From the NCBI GenBank assembly GCA_027009605.1, contig JALVCY010000042.1, positions 1-47,436 on the forward strand: a stretch of 47,436 nt of DNA. Direction: 5' to 3'. The notes below the pieces were generated by a model, which saw only the letters and a list, made by a program, of their open reading frames with translations, ran no database searches and was not told the DNA's origin. This DNA is from Saprospiraceae bacterium. Lineage in GTDB: Bacteria > Bacteroidota > Bacteroidia > Chitinophagales > Saprospiraceae. Every line of letters starts with the position of its first letter. Within the stretch, counting starts at the first letter, position 1. A program made the position numbers and the translations under genes. This document shows, one piece after another, positions 35,668-45,000 of the stretch.

Positions 35668-35737
35668 TCTGTAGCAGACTTACTTTTAAGCTGACGGCAT
35701 CCTGCTTCTTGCCAATCCGGATGCAAAAAAATGAATT

Positions 35738-35765
35738 AAAAGGTGGCCTAGACCACCTTTTTTTT
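35738..35765. terminator. Bidirectional intrinsic terminator between THX (+) and the enoyl-CoA hydratase gene (-)
   Basis: aaaaggtgg-cctaga-ccacctttt forms a stem flanked by an A-run and a T8 run, so it reads as a terminator on both strands. Confidence 0.65.
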
Positions 35766-35793
35766 ATTGACGTTTCCGGTAACAAATCAGCTA

Positions 35794-36570
35794 TCATCTC
35801 CCCTTAAAAACCGGCTTTCGCTTCTCAATAAAAGCGGCGACCCCTTCTTTGTAATCTTCCGTCTCTCCGGCTTGGGGTTGTAGTTCCCCTTCTAGGTCTA
35901 GTTGTTGATCTAAAGTGTTTTCAAAAGAACGGTTTAAGGCATGTTTGGTCATCGCCAAACCGGCTGTAGGCATATTGGATAGTTTTTGCGCAAGCAATAA
36001 GGCCGATTCGCCAAAGACATCGTCTTCATAAACTTGATAAATCATACCCATTTTTTCCGCATCTTCTGCTCCCACCTTGTCCCCTAACATCATAAGCGCT
36101 GAAGCTTTTTGAAAACCAATCAGCCTAGGCAAAAAGAAAGTGCCCCCACTATCCGGAATCAAACCAATCTTACTAAAGGCTTGGATAAAAGAAGCGGATT
36201 TAGTGGCCACCACGACATCGCAGGCTAGAGCCAAGTTGGCTCCGGCACCGGCTGCAACGCCATTGACTGCGGCCACGATGGGTTTGGGCAATGCTCGAAT
36301 CTGGCGCACCAGCGGGTTGTAATGTTCGGTCAGAATCTGTGTGAGTGGCGGGCCGTTTGGGTCGGTGATTTCCTTTAAATCTTGTCCGGCGCAAAAAGCT
36401 CGTCCTTCTCCGGTCAACAGGACGGCTCGAATCTCGTTATCTTCCGCACAGTTGCGCAATGCTTCTTGGAGTGCCAAGGCCATCTCACGGTTAAAGCTAT
36501 TGTAAACTTTGGGTCGATTGAGTTTTAGGATAGCCAAGTTATCCACTTTCGTAAAAATTATTGTACTCAT
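35794..36570 (-). CDS. Enoyl-CoA hydratase/isomerase (crotonase) family protein, PaaG-like
   Basis: 258 aa counted from ATG 36570. The track ORF adds 42 low-complexity codons derived from T/A runs. The sequence is MSTIIFTKVDNLAILKLNRPKVYNSFNREMALAL...LLTGEGRAFCAGQDLKEI...AAVNGVAAGAGANLALACD. Confidence 0.85.
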   Translation of the reverse strand: MSTIIFTKVDNLAILKLNRPKVYNSFNREMALALQEALRNCAEDNEIRAVLLTGEGRAFCAGQDLKEITDPNGPPLTQILTEHYNPLVRQIRALPKPIVAAVNGVAAGAGANLALACDVVVATKSASFIQAFSKIGLIPDSGGTFFLPRLIGFQKASALMMLGDKVGAEDAEKMGMIYQVYEDDVFGESALLLAQKLSNMPTAGLAMTKHALNRSFENTLDQQLDLEGELQPQAGETEDYKEGVAAFIEKRKPVFKGR

Positions 36571-36689
36571 TGATTTTTTTTTTTCGCAAGATAAGGTTAT
36601 TGCCAAAAACGAATCCTTTTTTTTCGCAGGAAAGCTTTTTTTTCCTTTTGGCTCTGAAGTAGTGGATGTTTTAACGGGTGAATTCCAAT

Positions 36690-36790
36690 GGCTCAATGGG
36701 AGGGGAAGGAGTTGATAGAGTTGAAGGAGTTGATTCGCTTGTCCTACGGACTTCGCTAGTTGAAAAAGTTGATGGCACTAGACTGTTAGG
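36690..36790. repeat. Repeat family C partial copy (inverted relative to 47285-47345)
   Basis: The reverse complement of gttgatagagttgaaggagttgattcgcttgtcctacggacttcgctagttgaaaaagttga matches ...ttcaactagcgaagcctgcgagcgaatcaactttttcaactctatcaac at the right end of the window. Confidence 0.65.
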
Positions 36791-37068
36791 CTCGGAGCTT
36801 GCGGTGAATCGAATGGCCTGCCAAGAACCCACGATTTTCAAAATCTACGCCAAGGCACGGCGTCGGCCGGTCATTTACCTTGCCGCCAAGCCAAGAGCAT
36901 CTGATTTTGGAAATCTACGACACTATGAAAAAAACAAAATTGCCGGAAATATTCCTGATTCTATCCACTTTTTAGTATTTTTGCCAAGTGGCCTTGCCTT
37001 TGGCTCGAAAGATTTTTACCGAACCCGATAACAGCCATGGGCGAAAACTGAAGTAAAATACTACGAAT

Positions 37069-37962
37069 GTGAAAATATTTATCCTTTCTGTGAGCAAAAG
37101 TATTTATTCAACCAAGCGATTGGTCGAAGAAGCTGAAAACCTAGGCCATCAGGTTATCGTAGTGAATCACACCAAATGCACGGTAAAATTAGGAGCTCAT
37201 AAGCCCGAAATCTATCTCAAAGGATATAACATCATTGATTTTCCGGATGCCATCATCCCGCGTATTGGCACCACGGTGACCAGACATGGCGCCGCTGTTG
37301 TCAAGCAATTTGAGATGAATGGTATTTACAGTACGGCTCGTTCTTTGGGCATTTTGCGATCCCGGAATAAAGTGAGAACCCTGCAAATTATGAATCGCAA
37401 ACATATCCCTATTCCGCCCACCGTGTTTGCCATTAATCCCCAAAATATCGATGCACAAATAGCACTCTTAGGGGGGCCACCGGTGATTATCAAACTCCAA
37501 GAAGGCACACAAGGCAAAGGGGTTATCTTGGCAGAATCAGCCCAATCGGCAAAGTCTATTCTGGATACTTTTTACAAGATGGACACAAGCATCTTAATGC
37601 AGCAGTACATCAAAGAATCCAACGGAGAAGATATTCGGGCATTTGTCGTCGGCCACCAAGTAGTGGCTGCGATGAAAAGGGTTGGGGCAGAAGACGACTT
37701 TCGTTCAAATATCCATCGGGGAGGCCATGGCGAAGTCGTTGAATTGACCCCAAAAGAGCGAAAAATCGCACTGAAAGCCACCCAAACACTGGGTTTGCCC
37801 GTGGCAGGAGTGGATATGATTCGCTCTAATTCAGGCCCGTTGCTTATAGAAGTCAATAGCTCACCGGGCTTGGAAGGCATTGAAGCCACCACAAAAATAA
37901 ATATAGCCCAAGCCATCATCAACCATTTAGAAGAAAATGTTCGACTCAAACTACAAAAATGA
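37069..37962 (+). CDS. rimK: RimK-family ATP-grasp alpha-L-glutamate ligase
   Basis: 297 aa with a GTG start. MKIFILSVSKSIYSTKRLVEEAENLGHQV is collinear with the E. coli RimK N-terminus, and the ATP-grasp core contains ...VIIKLQEGTQGKGVIL...EVNSSPGLEGIE. Confidence 0.85.
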   Translation: MKIFILSVSKSIYSTKRLVEEAENLGHQVIVVNHTKCTVKLGAHKPEIYLKGYNIIDFPDAIIPRIGTTVTRHGAAVVKQFEMNGIYSTARSLGILRSRNKVRTLQIMNRKHIPIPPTVFAINPQNIDAQIALLGGPPVIIKLQEGTQGKGVILAESAQSAKSILDTFYKMDTSILMQQYIKESNGEDIRAFVVGHQVVAAMKRVGAEDDFRSNIHRGGHGEVVELTPKERKIALKATQTLGLPVAGVDMIRSNSGPLLIEVNSSPGLEGIEATTKINIAQAIINHLEENVRLKLQK

Positions 37963-38899
37963 AATCGTCGAAATAGCCGGCCATCAGGTGGGATTAGGCG
38001 AAAACAAACTAATCAAACTACCGGTGGATCGCTTGCCGACCGGATTGGAAGTAGAGATTCCGGTCTATGTATTTAATGGGATTCGGCCGGGGCCAACCTT
38101 ACTGATTCAAGGGGGATTGCACGGAGATGAGATTAACAGTGTGGAGCTGATTCGGCGGCTATTGGTAGCAGATAGTTTTCAGGTGGTCAATGGCTGTGTG
38201 ATTGTCGTGCCCATCTTAAATATATTTGGATTTTTGAGCTTTTCCCGGGAAGTATCGGGCAAAGACATCAATCGCTATTTTCCCGGCTCTAAGAATGGCT
38301 CTTTGGCCAGCAGAATTGCCTACTATCACACCAAAGCGATTGCGGCGAATATCGACTTTGCCATAGATTTTCATACGGGAGGCAACCAACGAAGTAATTA
38401 TCCGCAAGTCAGATATACCAAAGGGGACGCAAAGGGCAAGCTTCTGGCAGAGATTTTTAATGCCCCGTTTATGTTTGAGTCCGGCCTGATTCACAAATCT
38501 TTCCGCAAGGAGGCGCACAAGCATGGAATTCCTGTCATTGTCTTTGAAGGAGGTGAGTCCAAGCGGTTGGACAATTTGGCTATTGAAGTAGGAATGCAAG
38601 GCGTCCGCAATATTTTATCTTATTTTGGTTTTACAGGAACGCCCCTTGCGGAATACAAAAAAGAATCCATCTTTGTAAAGAAGCGCCGGTGGCTTCGGGC
38701 ACCTATTGCCGGGATGTTTCATGCGATTAAACCCAACGGAGCCGGTATCGAAAAAGGAGACATACTGGGCTATGTTACAGACACTTACGGGACTTCTTCT
38801 ACCGCTATAAAAGCGCCCGATCAAGGGTACATACTGGCCTTAAACCATTTTCCGGTCGTCAAAAGGGGCGACGCATTATTTCATGTAGCCGAAAAATAA
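37937..38899 (+). CDS. Succinylglutamate desuccinylase/aspartoacylase (AstE/AspA, M14-like zinc hydrolase) family protein
   Basis: 320 aa. The zinc motif is GGLHGDEINS (HxxE) with a later DFHTGG histidine. The start overlaps the rimK 3' end by 26 nt. Confidence 0.75.
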   Translation: MFDSNYKNEIVEIAGHQVGLGENKLIKLPVDRLPTGLEVEIPVYVFNGIRPGPTLLIQGGLHGDEINSVELIRRLLVADSFQVVNGCVIVVPILNIFGFLSFSREVSGKDINRYFPGSKNGSLASRIAYYHTKAIAANIDFAIDFHTGGNQRSNYPQVRYTKGDAKGKLLAEIFNAPFMFESGLIHKSFRKEAHKHGIPVIVFEGGESKRLDNLAIEVGMQGVRNILSYFGFTGTPLAEYKKESIFVKKRRWLRAPIAGMFHAIKPNGAGIEKGDILGYVTDTYGTSSTAIKAPDQGYILALNHFPVVKRGDALFHVAEK

Positions 38900-38988
38900 A
38901 TATATATAACTCGCTATAAAACAAAACAGAGAAAACAGATTAATTGTAAAAAGCTAGACGCAAAGTGGTTTTTTAGGCCAAATATATT

Positions 38989-38996
38989 TATATTTG
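38989..38996 (+). promoter_or_regulatory. Candidate -7 box (TATATTTG) for the 2294-aa adhesin gene
   Basis: Exact TAnnTTTG, 57 nt upstream of ATG 39053. Confidence 0.4.
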
Positions 38997-39052
38997 TAGT
39001 TCCAACACCGCGAAAGAACACTTTACAGGACAATAAACCGCTGAGAACACTA

Positions 39053-42000
39053 ATGACTTCCCGATTACACTGGACTTATCAAGTCATACTATTGCTTATT
39101 ATCTCCTTCCTAAGTTCAGGAAGTCAACTTCGTGCGCAAGAGTATTTTTCTTTTAGCTATGGAGGCCCCGATACTATTTTTGTGGGCAATGATTGTACGG
39201 CTCCCTACACCTTTCATGGTGATAGTATCCATATTCTTTCTTTGGTCAATGCAAATGTCTCTTGGGACTATGACTACGCCACTGCCGGATATGAATATGG
39301 AGATTTGGTGCAAGCCGGACAAACAGTCTCCATGCCGGTTCCTACTTGGGATGATCAATCCCATGCGGACACTTTTTACTTTGACATATATTTTGCCGAT
39401 ACGCTTAGTCCGGTTTTTGATGCGAGTTCTTTACCGCCACCGGTTTTGTTTTTCAATAACTTGGCGGACGTGCCCCCACCGGCCAATCCAACTGCGACTG
39501 ACAATTGTGGCTCAGTAAATATTCAATATACTCAAACCACCTTGGCGGATACTTGTGCCGGCGGGCCATTCTATCGTATTTGGACGGCGACCGACTCTTA
39601 TGGAAATCAAACAAGTTTTACGCAACAATTAGTCCTAAATGGCGATCAAACTCCACCCCAATTCAACGCCTGGCCTACCAACGGTCAGACGGATTGTGCT
39701 ACATTTACCACGGATTATCCGGTTTGGCTTGCGCAAAATATGAATACCATCCAAGCCACAGACCCATCCGAACCGGTCGTGTATTCCAATGACAGTCCGT
39801 CCAATTTCAATTTTAGTTGTGATACAAGTTTCGTGGTTACATTTACGGCAACGGATTATTGCGGCAATTTTTCTAATGTAACCGCCACTTACCACGTCTT
39901 GGACACCACTCCGCCTTGGATTGTCCATATTCCGGTAGATACTACGGTAGATTGCGACCAAGTGCCGATGGCTCTGCGACTAAATAACGGTTTAGAAGTA
40001 GAAGATTGTGACACGAACTTAATAGAGGTTTTTAGCGAAAGCAGCTCCCAAGACACCAATGTACTCAGTTGTAGTCACTACACTTATACGATTGTAAGGA
40101 CTTGGACGATTCAAGATCATTGTGGGAATGAGACTAGCTTCCAACAGATTGTTAGTGTCCAAGATACAACTCCTCCGGTGTTTGCTACTCACCCACAGGA
40201 CTTGTCTGTCCCGTGCTATCAAGTGCCGGAATTTATAGATTTGGTGGCGACAGATGCTTGCGAAGCGCCTGTGACCATTCAAAAAGATGAGACCATTCAT
40301 TTGGGAAACTGCCCGGCAAACTATGAGCGACTCCGCTCTTGGACAGCTCAAGATGTTTGTGCCAACCAAAATATTTATACCCAAACGATTCATGTTTTTG
40401 ATACCTTGGCGCCGACCTTTGTGTATGTACCGGGAGACACCATGGTCAATTGCAATCAAATTCCACCGTTGCAAAATCTAATAGCTTTGGATAGTTGCGA
40501 CAGCGATGTATTGGTTACGCCTTCCGAAACATCTACCCAAAATTCGGATTTGACCGATTGTGGACACTATAACTACACGCTTACGAGAACTTGGCTAGCT
40601 TCAGATGATTGTGTAAATATCAGTACCGCCACTCAAACCATCCAAGTTGTCGATCAAGAACCCCCGGTTATTCTTTGCCCCGCCAATATAACAGTAGCCA
40701 CGGATAGCGGCTCTTGCGAAAAAACGATGCTGATTCCTAATCCGGCGACCTACTTCGACGCCTGTACTTTTGCGCAAGCAACAGAAAGCATTTCCGCTTC
40801 TGCCCCCATTACACATCCGGCTAATACCGATGCCAATAGCACTCCGGTTTCGGTTCAGCTTCAGTTGACGACCGCCCAGCCAACAACTTCGATTGCGGGC
40901 AATATCACCTTAACAATTGATCTGACAAATGTCGATGCAGAAGCATTGGGCGAGTTTTTTAAGATTTATGCGGAAGACAGCACCTTGATTGGGCACACCC
41001 TGCCGACTCCGACACAGTGCGGCAGCAATACCACCAATCTAACCAATATCTCTACCGTACAATTGTCAAATTGGTTAGCGGATGGTACGCTGGAGTTGTT
41101 TTTGGTCTCTGCCGGCCAAGGGATTGACGCCATCAATGATATTTGTCCCGGTGGCTTGGTGACGGCGACATTGACCTATGATTTTTATGAGCCGAATGCT
41201 CCGCTGACGATTCAATATGCTTTGGACAATGAGAATCCGGAGTCTTGGCCTAATAATATACCTAGTATTTTGCCGCAAGGCAGTCACACCGTTTCCTATT
41301 GGGCACAAGACTGTAGTGGAAATCAAGACAGTTGTTCTTTTCAAATTGTCGTTCAAGACATGGAATCTCCTAGCATCCAGTGCCCCGGCGACCTAGTAGC
41401 TTACGTAACTGAAGATGCTTGTCATGCGAGCGTTTCTTTGCCCTATCCGGGCAGTTTTACGGATAATTGCTCGCTTAGCAATCTTTTTGATTTTGCTTCG
41501 GATACCACATACATTGCCTTTACCAATAACGGGAATGCCGGTACCGTACCCCAAGCGATTACCTATGACATCTCCGGTGTTTCGGCCAATGCGATTAGTG
41601 ATGCCCAAATTGTCGTTCAATTTCAAGGAGATAATGCGGATGCGGGCGAGCACTTTTTAGTTTATGGGGAAAACAATCAACTGCTTGGACAAACCGCCAA
41701 CGGTAACTTTACCCAAGAATGTCAGATGCCTGTGGCGACCGTACTGACCATTTCAAAAGACAGTGTGAATAGCTGGGCTTCGGATGGGCACATTCTTTTA
41801 CAATTGATTCCGGAAACGGATGCCGGTGTTTATGCAAATTTTATCCACCCTTGTGGCAATTTAACTCCGGACTTGATAGACAGCTCTTCCACCATTCAGC
41901 TTACGCTCCAATATGCGAGTACATCCATCTCTTATGCACTGCCGGACACGGCGGGTTTTGTAAAAGCAGGAAATCCCATAGTTTTGGACTTAGCACCGGC

Positions 42001-45000
42001 GGAATATCCTGTTACCTATACCGTTACGGATGGTAGTGGATTGCAAGCTATGTGTCATTGGACGATTAGCGTTTTGGATACTATTCGGCCTGTGGCGCTT
42101 GCGCAAAATGCTATCGTAGCGGTCAATCCATCCGGTATAGACTCCTCTTCGATTGACCCTACTATCGTCAATGCAGGCAGCTATGACAATTGTGAGATTG
42201 TTAGCATGACTCTGGCGCCGAATACTTTCTCTTGCGATCAAGCCGGTCAGACCCTGCCTATCGTTTTAACGGTAGTTGATGCCGCCGGTAATGTGGGAAG
42301 AGATACGGCCAATGTTTTGATTACAAATGAACAACCGGCGCCTACTTTTACGCAAGGTGTTTGTGGCAATGACACCTTGTTTTTGTCTGCCAATCCACCT
42401 AGCGCTAGTGCCAATGCATACACTTATCAATGGAGCGGACCCAATTCTTTTTCATCCACATCCGCCACCCCATTCATCCCAAGCCCTACCAATAACAATG
42501 TAGGTTCCTATTCCGTAACCATCACCGGCACATCCGGATGTACTTCTGCCAATACCATCCAGATACAGCTAAACGCTTCTCCTGATGCGCCCCAATTAAC
42601 CGTGAATAAACCGACTATTTGTCCGGGCGATCCACTTGTTTTGAGTACGCAAGGATTTGCCGGGGGAGATGTTCATTATCTTTGGTATGAAGGGCTTCCG
42701 CCAAATGGCAATCTTTTAAGTACCACCAACAATAATGTTTTTACGATTGATTTCCCCCCTTCCGGGGAAAATAATTATTATGCTACAGTCGATATAGGGG
42801 GGTGTGTATCGGTGTATTCTAATGTGGTCAATGTGAACGTGAGTCCGGATATTAATCTGGTAGTTGTTCATGATTCGCTGGAGGTTTGCACCGGTGATGA
42901 AGTACATTTAGGGTTAACGACGGCTCCGGTTGGCATCCAATATACTTGGTTTGGGCCGCACCAATTCTCGGCGAATACACCTAGTGCCCAGTTTCAAGCC
43001 GATAGCTTGGCGCAATCCGGTCTTTATATCATCTCCGCCACAAAGGATGGTTGTGTGTATCAGCCGGATACGACATTTGTGCTTATTCGTACCACACCGG
43101 CTACACCAATAGTCAGTACGAACAGCCCCATCTGTGAAGACGAATCCCTTTTGTTGGAAGTTACGAATTACGCTAATGGAACCACTTTGCACTGGACAAA
43201 AAACGGGCTGGACACCCTACTTCAAAGTAATCTTTTGGCATTAGAAGGCAAGTTATCCCAGGCTGGATATTGGACGGTGTCCGCAGATGATGGATATTGC
43301 CAATCTCCGGACGTAACGACCGAAATATTTGTGAGTCCGACGCCTACCGTAAAAATAGACTCTGTTGGAAACGTTTGCTTAGGTCAACCCATGGCTTTGT
43401 CCTTTTCGTCTAATCCAACTGCAGAGACACAAAGTTGGAGTGGCCCCGGTTCATTTTCTTCGCCCTTAGCCAATCCGGTGACTCCGGCGACTCCGGGTTT
43501 GTATAGGCTTACCGTAAAAACCGGTGCCGGCTGTTCCGCTAAAGATTCTATTTTTATTCATCCTAAAGAGCTTCCGGAAATCACCGCTCTGAGTAGTACT
43601 TCTGACGGTTGTTTTGATGGGGAAGAAATTGAGTTAATCCCTACGGTATTTCCGGCCAATACCAATTATGAATACCACTGGTCAGGCCCCAACAGTTACA
43701 ATGTTTGTTGCGATATTGCTCAACCTGTCATTTCGAATGCCAGTGAAAATATAAACGGATACTATAGTCTTCAAGTCGTTGATGAGTTCGGTTGCACATC
43801 CCAAGAGAAAACCATCTTGATTTCCGGCCAAGATAAACCGGCTCGCCCTGTGCTAACGACCGCAACGCCCTCTCTTTGTGAGGGAGAAGCCATTTCTTTG
43901 GAAATCAGCAACTCTAGTGTTTATCCGGTGGATTCGGTTTTTGTCCGGTGGGTTACGCCAAAAGGATTGGTTGATACGGCTAAGTACCAATTTATGAAAG
44001 ATGTAGCAGATTCCTTTGACGAAGGGAGCTATTTTGCGGTTATTTCGGTCAATGGCTGTGTGTCAGATACGTCATCCGGCTTATACTTAAATATTAAGCC
44101 CAAGCCGGCCAAACCTTTTGTCTCTTGGAATAGTCCACTTTGTGTCGGAGAAACACTTCATTTGTCAACCATCCCTGTTTCCGGCGCAATATATCATTGG
44201 TTTGGGCAAGATAATATCCCCGGAGTCTCCGACCCTAAAATTAGTGGCGTCCAACTTGCGGATGCCGGAAACTATGCTGTCCAAATAGAAGTAGATGGTT
44301 GTGAGTCAGAGATTTCTGATTCGGTCAATGTAATGATTAAACCGCTTCCCGTTAAGCCTGTGATAGATTTTACCAGCCCGATTTGCTTGACCGGAGGCCA
44401 ACTAGATTTGAGTATTTCACCATCCACTCAAGCGCCCGGGGCTCAATATACATGGATTACCAACCCAAATGATACGATAGGAGCCACGTCCTTTTTTACC
44501 AAATACAGCACAGACAATTTGTCAAACTATCAAGACGGTAGCCATCAATTTTATGCTACTGTCCAGCAAAATGGATGTGTCAATGTGTCGGATGTAATCA
44601 CTATTGAAATGGATGAAATGCCTAGTAATAATGCCGATGCCGGTGTGGACGCTAACTTTTGCATAGACCAGCAAGTCTCCCTCCATGCAGAATGGCCCTC
44701 TGTCGGTAAAGGAATATGGCGCCAAGTCTCCGGGCTTACTGCCAACATTACGAACCCGGATACCAATCTTACAACGATCAACGGTGTTTCACCTAACTTA
44801 ACTTATGGTTTTGAGTGGAGTTTATCAAAAGGAGGTTGTATTGCCTATTCTAAAGATACTGTTTTAGTTAGTGTGGTGACGCCGGAACTAGCGGACGCAG
44901 GGAGCTTTATTGATACTTGTTTGGTTAGTGAAGTTACATTGGCGGCAACGCCACCGAGCTCTACGGGCGGGCATTGGCTGCCCTCTACCCAAGATGGGAT

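Noticed and set aside
36574-36643. T11, T8 and T8 homopolymer runs just upstream of the enoyl-CoA hydratase start, as a slipped-strand phase-variation switch
   Set aside because: They lie outside the CDS. A-rich unstructured leaders are the normal translation-initiation context in Bacteroidota, and the gene is a housekeeping-type crotonase, so there is no reason to invoke phase variation.
36678-37031. 117-aa ORF in the gap between the enoyl-CoA hydratase gene and rimK
   Set aside because: It runs through a family C repeat copy (36690-36790) and internal direct repeats (gattttcaaaatctacg / gattttggaaatctacg). It has no start context and a low-complexity, repeat-driven composition.
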